DNA from: Thermodesulfobacteriota bacterium
GTDB lineage: Bacteria > Desulfobacterota > Desulfobacteria > Desulfobacterales > SURF-7
Reading direction: 5' to 3'
Assembly: GCA_049320885.1 (NCBI GenBank)
Contig: JBMORA010000033.1
Coordinates: 32,001-96,000, forward strand
DNA: 64,000 nucleotides
Shown piece by piece: positions 1-8,443 of this stretch (its first letter is position 1; every line of letters starts with the position of its first letter). The translations under genes and the position numbers were made by a program. The notes below the pieces were generated by a model that saw nothing but the letters and a program-made list of their open reading frames with translations, was not told the DNA's origin and ran no database searches.

Positions 1-407
1 AACACCCGGTCGCCTGTTGCCACCTCCTGGTTGCAGATGAACATCCATTCGTCCGCCCCGATCAGGGGTGCGGAAAACCGGACGACGCCCCGTTTTCCTG
101 CCACCGGTTCACTGATCACCAGCCCCCCCTGTCCCAAAACGGCCTCCCGGGGGATTCCGGCTTTGGTATTGTCCGTCATCCGCGGTTTGATGTAGCGGAA
201 CCAGAAAACCGCGAGACCGATCGATGCCAGTGCCCAGACCAACAATTGCCATGAAAGCTTCAGGGAGGGAAGCACCCAGAGCAGCGCCGCCACCAGCACG
301 CCGGCAAGCCCGAACCAGAATATCGTGAAGCTGGGGATGAAGATTTCGCAGATGATCAGAATCGCGCCGAAGATCAGCCAGTGCCAGTACAGCAATTTGA
401 ACTCCAT
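1..407 (-). CDS. NfeD/YbbJ-family membrane protein (3' end runs off the window)
   Basis: Not in the ORF track; manual translation from ATG at 407 (AAAGGA RBS): MEFKLLYWHWLIFGAILIICEIFIPSFTIFWFGLAG...GVVRFSAPLIGADEW, a hydrophobic N-terminus plus OB-fold-like C-terminus typical of NfeD-C proteins. Confidence 0.8.
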   Translation of the reverse strand, partial: MEFKLLYWHWLIFGAILIICEIFIPSFTIFWFGLAGVLVAALLWVLPSLKLSWQLLVWALASIGLAVFWFRYIKPRMTDNTKAGIPREAVLGQGGLVISEPVAGKRGVVRFSAPLIGADEWMFICNQEVATGDRV

Positions 408-474
408 GACAGGTCCTTTCCCGCAGGCGAAGCCGCAGAATAATGCCGGCTTTGCCTGTCGAACGGCCGGATGA

Positions 475-873
475 TTAGCGTGTCGAAACCACCAGCCGCT
501 GATCCATGACCTCGAGGCGCAGGAGCGTCAGCGGTTCTTTCCCGGGCCCGCTCAGCACGTCGCCCTTGGAGCTGTAAGTGGTTTTGCTGACACTGCAGCA
601 ACGAAAATTGTCGGTCCCGGCCAGGGGATCGATCCGCCTCCCCATATGCGTGCATTTGTTTTTGATCGCCGTATATCCGCCCCGGGGATCATGGTAAATC
701 ATCAGGCGATCCGGAAGCCCCCGGCCCTCCAGGCGAATGGCGCCATGGGGCGGATTCAGTTCGGGGGTGCGGCGCAGATCGATGGTGACTTTCCCGTCAC
801 GGTGGTCCCAGCAGCCCGGATCAGCCGGCGGTTTGGTTTCACAGATGCCGAAAATACGCTTTAACAGGCCCAT
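475..873 (-). CDS. Rieske-type [2Fe-2S] domain protein (atypical second box)
   Basis: Box I NKCTHMG present, box II reads FRCCSVS, C-terminal GDVLSGP..EPL; start MGLLKRIFG after GGAG RBS. Confidence 0.75.
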   Translation of the reverse strand: MGLLKRIFGICETKPPADPGCWDHRDGKVTIDLRRTPELNPPHGAIRLEGRGLPDRLMIYHDPRGGYTAIKNKCTHMGRRIDPLAGTDNFRCCSVSKTTYSSKGDVLSGPGKEPLTLLRLEVMDQRLVVSTR

Positions 874-908
874 GTCCCCTCTCCAGGTGTTTGTCCATGA
901 TGGTTCTG

Positions 909-1766
909 TCAGCCATCGAACTCCTCCTCCAGAAACATTTCCGCGGCCAGTCTTCCCTCGCAGATTTTGACGGCCGGTCCGCACAGGGTGACGGCATAAT
1001 CGTCCGCAATCACGAGACGGATGGTTCCGCCGGGCATATGCACCGTGATGCGGCCGTCACAAAGACCCAGGCGACGCGCAACCGCACCGGCAGCCGCGCT
1101 GCTGCTGCCGGAAGCCAGGGTATACCCGGCCCCCCGCTCCCAGATTTCAAGCCGGATGTTGGCCCGATCCAGTACTTCCATAAACTGGACATTGATTTTA
1201 TTGGGAAACATCGGGTCCGTTTCAATTGCCGGCCCCAGACGCCGCGCCTCATCCGGCAACGCCTTCGCCCGCTGGATCACACAGTGGGGATTGCCGATGG
1301 TGGCTGCGCAGAAGGTTAAGACTTCGCCTTTCACCGCAATGGATTCGTTGATTACCTCCCGGGCAGGTCCGGCCACCGGGATGTCCGGGCTGTAAAAACC
1401 GACCCGGCCCATCTCCACGGTAATCATCCGGCCCCCTTCCTGAACCTGGGACGAAACCGTCCCGCCCGGTGTGCGGATGGTAAACGGCTCGGTGCCGACA
1501 AGACATCTGTCCCAGAGGTAGCGGGAAAAAATGCGCAGCCCGTTGCCGCTTTTTTCCGCTTCACTACCGTCCGGGTTGAAGATCCGCAGCGAAAAGCCGC
1601 TGGTTTTTCCCGGCAGGGGCCCCAGCAGGATTCCGTCCGACCCGACGCCGTAATGGCGATGGCAGATACGACGAATCTGATCGGCCGTCAGCGCCTCAAT
1701 TCCCGACTCCGCCGGATCGATGAGGATATAGTCATTGCCCAGTCCGTGGTATTTGTGGAAAATCAT
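909..1766 (-). CDS. dapF: Diaminopimelate epimerase-family protein (Ser at both catalytic Cys positions)
   Basis: FHKYHGLGNDY, GVGSDG, FNPDGSEAEKSGNG, IGNPHCV, WERGAGYTLASGS motifs. Confidence 0.8.
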   Translation of the reverse strand: MIFHKYHGLGNDYILIDPAESGIEALTADQIRRICHRHYGVGSDGILLGPLPGKTSGFSLRIFNPDGSEAEKSGNGLRIFSRYLWDRCLVGTEPFTIRTPGGTVSSQVQEGGRMITVEMGRVGFYSPDIPVAGPAREVINESIAVKGEVLTFCAATIGNPHCVIQRAKALPDEARRLGPAIETDPMFPNKINVQFMEVLDRANIRLEIWERGAGYTLASGSSSAAAGAVARRLGLCDGRITVHMPGGTIRLVIADDYAVTLCGPAVKICEGRLAAEMFLEEEFDG

Positions 1767-2047
1767 GGATCGTTCCGTAAACGGATGTCCGGGCGCCCCT
1801 GACGCGAGGATGGTCCGCCGCCCGCCTGAACTCTTTTCAGATATGACGGATTCTGTCACGGGAAAACCATCGGGTCAAGCAAAATGAATGCGTCCTTCTG
1901 TGGCCGCCCCATGTTTACCGTTATTAGCTATTGAAAGCGGGAACGCGCAGCGGTATGCTGGCGGCAAGGATCGTCAGCGGCCGGTTTTCGGGACAGGATG
2001 CCATCTTCCCGGAATGGCAGGTCAAACCAGGATATGCGGAAGCGGAC

Positions 2048-4906
2048 ATGAAAACGAATTTGCCGGAGGAAATCGAGCGGGAAACAGAGGACAAATGGCA
2101 GCGTCTGCTCGAGTCGGCCGGCACCGGGACAGCGGGAAAATCCATTCCGGGGGAACTGAGACAGATCCTGGCTTTTTCCAATTTCGTGGCCAACCATCTG
2201 ATCCATAAACCCGAATTGTTGCAAGACCTGCTGAATGGCGGAGATCTGGAGCGATCCTACGGGGATGGTGAATATCAGCAGCGGGCAATCGCCCTTGCGG
2301 AGCAGACGGACGATGAAACCCGCCTGGGAAACGCCTTGCGCCGGTTCCGTTGCCGGGAAATGATCCGGATCGCTTTCCGGGACTTGACCGGCCGGGCGGA
2401 ATTGTCGGAAACCATGCGGGATCTCAGTGCCCTGGCGGATGCCTGCATTGACGCCGCCATGTCGCGCCTGTATCGCTGGCTGGAGGAAAAATACGGAACC
2501 CCGGCGGACGAAAACGGTGACCATCAGCCCATGATCGTCATCGGGCTTGGAAAGCTCGGGGCCAAGGAACTGAATTTTTCATCGGATGTGGATCTCCTCC
2601 TTGCCTATCCCCGGTCCGGACAAACCCGCAATGGACCCCGCATCATGGACAATGAGGAATTCTTTCTGCACTTGAGCCGCCGTTTCCTGGCTCTTTTCAG
2701 CGCCACGTCGGAGGAAGGCCTGCTGTTCCGGGTGGATTTGCGCCTGCGACCCTTCGGAGAAAACGGGCCGCTCATCATGAGCTTCAACGCCCTGGAAGAC
2801 TATTACCAGGCCCAGGGCCGGGAATGGGAACGGTACGCCCTGATCAAGGCCAGGGTGGTATCCGGCGACAAGACAGCCGGCAAGGAAATCCTGACCCGCC
2901 TGGAGCCCTTCATCTACAGAAGGTATTTCGATTACGGCACCTTTGAGTCCCTGCGCCTGATGAAAGAAAGCATCGCCCTTGAGGTCAACCGGAAAGGCAT
3001 GCAGGACAATATCAAGCTGGGGCCAGGGGGCATCCGGGAAATCGAGTTTTTCGGGCAGGTCTTCCAGCTGATCCGCGGCGGAGTGGAACCCGAACTGAAA
3101 GAGCCCGCCATTTTGAAAGTGCTGCAACTGCTGGTGGATAAGCGCTATATCGAGCAGGCCACCTGCGACGAATTGACCGCGGCATATCGGTTCCAGCGCA
3201 ATACGGAACACCGCCTGCAGATGCGGGACGATCTTCAGACCCATCTGCTGCCGCAGCAGATGAAGGAGAAATCCCGCCTGGCCTTGGCCTCCGGCTTTGC
3301 CGCCTGGGAAGAGTTCGCCCATCACCTCTCGGTTCACATGGGCAATGTCAATCGCCATTTCAACGGTCTGCTGGCGGTTGAAGACCACGGAGCGGCGGCG
3401 GATGACCGGCTGAAAACGCTGGAGGGTCTCTGGCTGAATCTGCTGGATGCCCAGAAAGCCAGGCAGGAGCTGAAGGAAATCGGATATGACTCGCCGGACG
3501 ACATCCTGAAGGTCATCGACTACCTGCGCAATGATCCGGAAACCAGGGCCTTGAGCCCCGAAGGCCGCAAACGCCTGAACCGGCTGATCCCCATGATCCT
3601 GAAACGCGCGGCGGAATCCGGGAATCCGGGAATCGTGTTCAAACGGCTCATGGAGCTTGTCAAAGCCATTGAAAGACGCACCTGCTATATCGCCCTGCTG
3701 CTGGAAAGCCCCGAGACCATCGACCAGCTGGTCAAACTCGGCCAGGCCAGCCCCTGGATCGTTTCTTTCCTGGCGCGACACCCGGTGCTGCTGGATGAAC
3801 TCCTCGACGCCCGCAATCTGTACAAACCGCCGTCCCGGCCGGAGCTGGAGCAGGAACTCCATCTGCGCATGGCGCGGATCCCGGACCGGGATCTGGAGTT
3901 TCAGCTGGAATCCCTGTGTATTTTTAAACAGATCAATATATTGCGGGTCGCCGCAACGGACATATCCGCCGTCTATCCGCTGATGCGGGTCAGTGACCAC
4001 CTCTCGGACATCGCGGAAATCGTGATCAACCGGATATTCGATCTGGCCTGGGAACATCTGGCTGCCAAACACGGAATCCCCAGGGCGGAAATAGGGGGGA
4101 ACCCCTGCCGGACCGGATTCGCGGTGGTGGCGTACGGCAAACTGGGGGGGCTCGAGCTGGGATACGGCTCGGATCTGGATATCGTCTTTCTTCACGCCGC
4201 TTCTCCGGGCCAGACCTCCGGTGGCCCCGCTCCCACTGAAAATGTTCAGTTCTACAGCCGCATCGGACAGCGGATCATTCATCTGCTGACCGCCCCCACC
4301 CGGGCGGGGGTCCTGTACGAAATCGACACCCGCCTGCGTCCCAGCGGCAATTCCGGCCCCCTGGTCAGTCAAGTGGAAGCATTCCGGGAGTACCAGCTGA
4401 ACCAGGCCTGGACCTGGGAGCACCAGGCCCTGGTCAGGGCCCGGGTGATTTGCGGGGATGCTGATTTGGCCGGACGCTTTCAGGAAATCCGCCGGGAAAT
4501 CATCTGCCGGCCGAGGAATCGCAAGGAACTGGCGGAAGAAATCCGGAACATGCGCGGCCGCATGCGGGAAAACCTCCCGCTCCCCCCCGCCGGCATGTTT
4601 GACCTGAAACAAGGGCCGGGCGGAATCGTGGATATTGAATTCCTGGTGCAGTATCTGGTGCTGCTGCATGCCCATCAGCATCCGGAACTGGTTCGCTGGA
4701 CCGATAATGTGCGCCAACTGGAAACGCTTTCGGAAACGGGAATCATCGACCCGGCCACGGCCCTTTTCCTGAAACAGGCCTATCTGCATTTCCGGGGGGC
4801 GGTGCATCGGCTGAACCTGCAGGAAACCCCCGCCGTGGCTCCGGAAGAAGCGTTCCGGGACAACAGCCTGCGGGTCGGCGGACTCTGGCGGGAATATATC
4901 GAATGA
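2048..4906 (+). CDS. glnE: Bifunctional glutamine synthetase adenylyltransferase/deadenylase
   Basis: Two NTase domains (GLGKLGAKELNFSSDVDL; AYGKLGGLELGYGSDLD), RVDLRLRPFG, IKLGPGGIREIEF, DLKQGPGGIVDIEF. Confidence 0.95.
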   Translation: MKTNLPEEIERETEDKWQRLLESAGTGTAGKSIPGELRQILAFSNFVANHLIHKPELLQDLLNGGDLERSYGDGEYQQRAIALAEQTDDETRLGNALRRFRCREMIRIAFRDLTGRAELSETMRDLSALADACIDAAMSRLYRWLEEKYGTPADENGDHQPMIVIGLGKLGAKELNFSSDVDLLLAYPRSGQTRNGPRIMDNEEFFLHLSRRFLALFSATSEEGLLFRVDLRLRPFGENGPLIMSFNALEDYYQAQGREWERYALIKARVVSGDKTAGKEILTRLEPFIYRRYFDYGTFESLRLMKESIALEVNRKGMQDNIKLGPGGIREIEFFGQVFQLIRGGVEPELKEPAILKVLQLLVDKRYIEQATCDELTAAYRFQRNTEHRLQMRDDLQTHLLPQQMKEKSRLALASGFAAWEEFAHHLSVHMGNVNRHFNGLLAVEDHGAAADDRLKTLEGLWLNLLDAQKARQELKEIGYDSPDDILKVIDYLRNDPETRALSPEGRKRLNRLIPMILKRAAESGNPGIVFKRLMELVKAIERRTCYIALLLESPETIDQLVKLGQASPWIVSFLARHPVLLDELLDARNLYKPPSRPELEQELHLRMARIPDRDLEFQLESLCIFKQINILRVAATDISAVYPLMRVSDHLSDIAEIVINRIFDLAWEHLAAKHGIPRAEIGGNPCRTGFAVVAYGKLGGLELGYGSDLDIVFLHAASPGQTSGGPAPTENVQFYSRIGQRIIHLLTAPTRAGVLYEIDTRLRPSGNSGPLVSQVEAFREYQLNQAWTWEHQALVRARVICGDADLAGRFQEIRREIICRPRNRKELAEEIRNMRGRMRENLPLPPAGMFDLKQGPGGIVDIEFLVQYLVLLHAHQHPELVRWTDNVRQLETLSETGIIDPATALFLKQAYLHFRGAVHRLNLQETPAVAPEEAFRDNSLRVGGLWREYIE

Positions 4907-4990
4907 TCGTCCGCCTCTTGAAAAAACGGATGGAAACAAATACGCTGCGTTCGGTAACCGTCAAACAAACGCAACCCCAAGGGAGAGGCA

Positions 4991-5998
4991 ATGGCTGAAC
5001 GAATTCTGCTGGATCACGGCAGCGGTGGCAAGATCGCCAACCGGTTGATCCGGGATCTGCTGCTTCCGGCCTTCGACGACCCGGAGCTGTCCCGTCTCAA
5101 CGACGGCGCCATTCTGGAAACGAATGGCCTGCGGATCGCCTTTTCAACCGACTCCTTTGTGGTGGAACCGCTTTTTTTCCCCGGCGGCAACATCGGCGAC
5201 CTGGCCGTCAACGGCACGGTGAACGACATCGCCATGTGCGGGGCCGTTCCGTTATACCTGAGCACCGGTCTGATCCTGGAGGAAGGCTTCGACATGGGCG
5301 AACTTTCCGTCATCGTCGACACCATGGGCCGGGCGGCCCGCGGGGCCGGGGTCCGGGTGGTCACCGGGGACACCAAGGTGGTCCCCGGGGGCGCGGCGGA
5401 TAAACTGTTCATCAACACGTCCGGTATCGGGATCATTCCGGCGGGCGTGGATATCGCGGCCCGGCGGGCCGAACCCGGTGACCTGATCCTGCTCAGCGGT
5501 ACCATCGCCGATCACGGCATGGCGGTTTTGGCCCGACGGGAAGGGCTCACCTTTGAAACCACCATCGTGAGCGATACGGCCCCCTTGAACCGGATGGTGG
5601 CCGCCATGCTGGCCGTCACCCGGAATATCCACACCCTGCGTGACCCCACCCGCGGCGGTGTCGGGGCGATCCTGAACGAAATCGCCCAGAGCGCCGGAGT
5701 GGGCATCCGGATCTGGGAGGAAAAAATTCCCCTCCGGCCGGAAGTCGGAGGGCTTTGCGAATTGCTCGGCTTCGATCCGCTCTTTGTCGCCAATGAAGGC
5801 AAACTCGTGGCTTTTGTGCCCGAGGCGGAAGCGGAAGCCGTCCTGGAGGCCATACGCCATGATCCCCTTGGGGAAAACGCCTGTATCATCGGCCGGGTGC
5901 TGGCGGATTCCCCGGGCCGGGTGGTCATGGAAACCCGTATCGGCGGGACACGTCTGATCGACACTCCCGCCGGAGAACAACTGCCGAGGATTTGCTGA
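4991..5998 (+). CDS. hypE: [NiFe]-hydrogenase maturation carbamoyl dehydratase HypE
   Basis: LDHGSGG, TDSFVVEPLFFPGGNIG, RDPTRGG, C-terminal GEQLPRIC. Confidence 0.95.
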   Translation: MAERILLDHGSGGKIANRLIRDLLLPAFDDPELSRLNDGAILETNGLRIAFSTDSFVVEPLFFPGGNIGDLAVNGTVNDIAMCGAVPLYLSTGLILEEGFDMGELSVIVDTMGRAARGAGVRVVTGDTKVVPGGAADKLFINTSGIGIIPAGVDIAARRAEPGDLILLSGTIADHGMAVLARREGLTFETTIVSDTAPLNRMVAAMLAVTRNIHTLRDPTRGGVGAILNEIAQSAGVGIRIWEEKIPLRPEVGGLCELLGFDPLFVANEGKLVAFVPEAEAEAVLEAIRHDPLGENACIIGRVLADSPGRVVMETRIGGTRLIDTPAGEQLPRIC

Positions 5999-6001
5999 TT
6001 C

Positions 6002-7036
6002 ATGAAACCGTTTCGCATTCCGATTTTCTGTTGTCTGTGCTGGCTGATCGCCGCCGGTTGCGGCCTGAAAAAGGAACTGGTGTTCAGCGGCAAGACCATG
6101 GGGTCGACCTATCAGGTCAAGGTGGTGGCCGGATATTTCCAGAGTGCCGGAGATCTGGCCCAGGCCATCGAACGCCGCCTGGCGGAAATCAACCAACACC
6201 TGTCCATCTATCGCAAGGACAGTGAGATCAGCCGTTTCAACCGCCATGCCGCCAGCGACCCTTTCCCGGTTTCGGACATGTTTGCCGAGATCCTGGAGAT
6301 ATCCCGGCCCTTGTACGAACTGACCGGCGGCGCCTGGGATCCGACGGTGGCGCCGCTGGTGGAACTCTGGGGATTCGGCGCCGGGGAACCCACCGGCCGG
6401 ATCCCCCCCCGGGCCGCCATTGAACAACGGATGGCCGCCGTCGGTTTCCACCGGCTTGAATTCAAGGACCGCGCGTTTATCAAAGAGCAACCGGGGCTTT
6501 CCCTGGACCTGGGCTCCGTGGCCCAGGGATTCGGGGCGGACCAGGTCGCGAAAGTCATCGAGGCGGCCGGATTCCGGGATTATCTGGTGGAAATCGGCGG
6601 AGAAGTTATCGCCTCCGGCGTCCGCCGGGACGGCACGGACTGGCGCATCGGTATCAACACCCCGGTCCAGGGCTCGCCCTTCGACAAGGTCTACAAGATC
6701 GTAACCCTGCGCAACCATGCCCTGGCCACCAGCGGCGACTACCGCAATTTTTTCGTCGTGGACGGCAAAACCTATTCCCACATCATCGATCCCCGCACGG
6801 GTTATCCGATCGCAAACGGCGTGGTCAGCGTGTCCATTCTCGCCAAAAGCTGCACCTTCGCCGACGGCCTGGCCACGGCCCTGATGGTCATGGGCCGGAA
6901 GGAAGGCCTTGCGCTGATCCGCAACCTGCCGGACGTCGAAGGGATGATCGTGGAAAGAGATCCGGACGGCCGGCTCACGGACTACTACTCTGAGGGGTTC
7001 AGGCCGGTGCCGGAAAATAAAGCAATTACAAATTAG
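6002..7036 (+). CDS. apbE: FAD:protein FMN transferase lipoprotein
   Basis: Lipobox LIAAGC, GKTMGS, SEISRFN, DPTVAPLVELWGFG, ATSGDYRN, SHIIDPRTG, ADGLATAL. Confidence 0.92.
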   Translation: MKPFRIPIFCCLCWLIAAGCGLKKELVFSGKTMGSTYQVKVVAGYFQSAGDLAQAIERRLAEINQHLSIYRKDSEISRFNRHAASDPFPVSDMFAEILEISRPLYELTGGAWDPTVAPLVELWGFGAGEPTGRIPPRAAIEQRMAAVGFHRLEFKDRAFIKEQPGLSLDLGSVAQGFGADQVAKVIEAAGFRDYLVEIGGEVIASGVRRDGTDWRIGINTPVQGSPFDKVYKIVTLRNHALATSGDYRNFFVVDGKTYSHIIDPRTGYPIANGVVSVSILAKSCTFADGLATALMVMGRKEGLALIRNLPDVEGMIVERDPDGRLTDYYSEGFRPVPENKAITN

Positions 7037-7039
7037 GAA

Positions 7040-7230
7040 TTACGAATGGTGGATTGAACACGCCCCGCAACCAGCCGGAATAGAATTGGTCGGTGTCGGT
7101 GCCGGCAGGAATCCGGCCCAACAGATCAAAGCCATCATCCGGGGTGACTCGATAGACCGCAAGGCCGTTGAAGGCGTCGGCTTGACGTTCTTCAGCGGCA
7201 TAGGGGTAGACCGCCATCGGAATGGCCAGC
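7040..7230 (-). pseudogene. C-terminal fragment resembling beta-propeller-domain secreted proteins
   Basis: 63-aa ORF with FNGLAVYRV..DGFDLLGRI...W.RGVF; no N-terminal part. Confidence 0.4.
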
Positions 7231-7233
7231 TCC

Positions 7234-7581
7234 TTATCGTACCTGTTTGGATAGGGGGAAAACCTGAAAATTGACTTGAATGACCTGATCCGCGGACTCG
7301 TCCCGGCAGGCCATCATCAACAATTCCTTACGCAACGCCGCGATCAGCTCCTTGATGCGTTGGATCCGGCTGCCGCTGACGCCCAAGGTCAGTCCAGTGA
7401 TGTCCCGCTCAGCGGATGGATGGCGATCGATGGATTCGGCGGTGAGCCGCAGCATTTCCTTGTGAAAATTGGCAACGGCCAAGGAATGAACTTCCGGCCC
7501 GGTGGTGACTGCCTGATCGGCCTGCTGCCATTTTCCCTCCCCGTCCTGTTGGATGAGGCCGAGTTCCGCGAGCAGTTTCAA
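7234..7581 (-). pseudogene. Fragment of a TIGR02147/DUF4423-like protein (C-terminal half only)
   Basis: LL.ELGLI...GKW.Q....VTTG.EV.SLAV.NFH..ML....ESIDR.....RDI.GLT...QVN.QVFPLS; starts at TTG and lacks the N-terminal HTH part. Confidence 0.6.
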
Positions 7582-7681
7582 GGTATAATAACATTATCGC
7601 CGATTGTTCCGATTCATGATACCCCTTGACCGTCATCGTCAAAGGAGGCTTGACCTCCCGGCCGGATTGGGATAGAGATTC

Positions 7682-7808
7682 TCCTGTTCCCGGCAATACC
7701 GGAAACGGGATGCGTTGCGCCCGATAATCGGTTTTGCCGGATGTGATCAACCGAGTTATGCACTAGGCAGAAGCCACCCAGACTCCGGTCCGGTGGCTTT
7801 TTATTTTT
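7682..7808 (+). ncRNA. Candidate structured leader (riboswitch/attenuator) of pabA-pabBC
   Basis: Hairpin 7682-7710, hairpin 7724-7759, alternative pairing 7730-7738/7766-7775, terminator 7771-7808, all just upstream of the pabA start. Confidence 0.55.
7771..7808 (+). terminator. Intrinsic terminator in the pabA leader
   Basis: AAGCCACC-ca-GAC-TCCG-GTC-c-GGTGGCTT followed by TTTATTTTT; C(UCCG)G tetraloop. Confidence 0.8.
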
Positions 7809-7825
7809 GGAAACACGGGGGGAAT

Positions 7826-8443
7826 GTGCCAAGCCCGGAAACGGCCAGACTGCTGGTCATCGACAACTATGACTCGTTTACCTACAACCTGGTGCAGATG
7901 TTCCGGCAATACCCGCTGGATATCCGGGTTTATCGCTGCGACCGCCTGACGCTGGAAACCGCAGAAAATTATCGTCCCGACTACGTGCTGATCAGCCCCG
8001 GCCCCAAAGATCCCCAGCATACCGGTGTTTCCGTGCCCATCATCCATGCATTCTGCCACCGGATACCCATCCTGGGGGTCTGCCTGGGAATGCAATGCAT
8101 CAATGCAGCTTTCGGCGGCGCGACCGTCCGGGCGCCCCTGCCCGTTCACGGCAAGACCAGCCTGATCCGGCACGAAGGTCGCTTCCTGTTTCACGACCTG
8201 CCGTCACCCTTCCGGGCGGCCCGGTATCATTCCCTGATGGTCCGGCCGCGGAACGATGAGCTGACCATCACCGCCGAAAGCGAAGACGGCGTGATCATGG
8301 GGTTGTCCCACCTTCGCCACCCCCTGCACGGCGTCCAATTTCATCCGGAAAGCTTTTTGACGGAATATGGTTTCCGGCTGGTGGAGAACTTTCTGCGCCT
8401 GGGACCGCTGGCCCGGCCGGAAAAACAGAGGAGGCCATCATGA
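7826..8443 (+). CDS. pabA: Aminodeoxychorismate/anthranilate synthase component II (class I glutamine amidotransferase)
   Basis: IDNYDSFTYNL, ISPGP, LGVCLG, ARYHSL, GVQFHPES; GTG start after a G-rich RBS; 4-bp overlap with pabB. Confidence 0.88.
   Translation: MPSPETARLLVIDNYDSFTYNLVQMFRQYPLDIRVYRCDRLTLETAENYRPDYVLISPGPKDPQHTGVSVPIIHAFCHRIPILGVCLGMQCINAAFGGATVRAPLPVHGKTSLIRHEGRFLFHDLPSPFRAARYHSLMVRPRNDELTITAESEDGVIMGLSHLRHPLHGVQFHPESFLTEYGFRLVENFLRLGPLARPEKQRRPS

Noticed and set aside
2579..4939. Long antisense ORFs (786 aa here; also 5252-6781, 8881-10746, 11756-13237, 22502-23911, 46866-48767, 48795-50465 and others)
   Set aside because: They shadow well-supported genes on the opposite strand, lack motifs, and are expected in GC-rich DNA
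7710..7727. Leader peptide (MRCAR) for ribosome-mediated trp-type attenuation
   Set aside because: No Trp or other regulatory codon run and a weak RBS; not fully excluded, but unsupported
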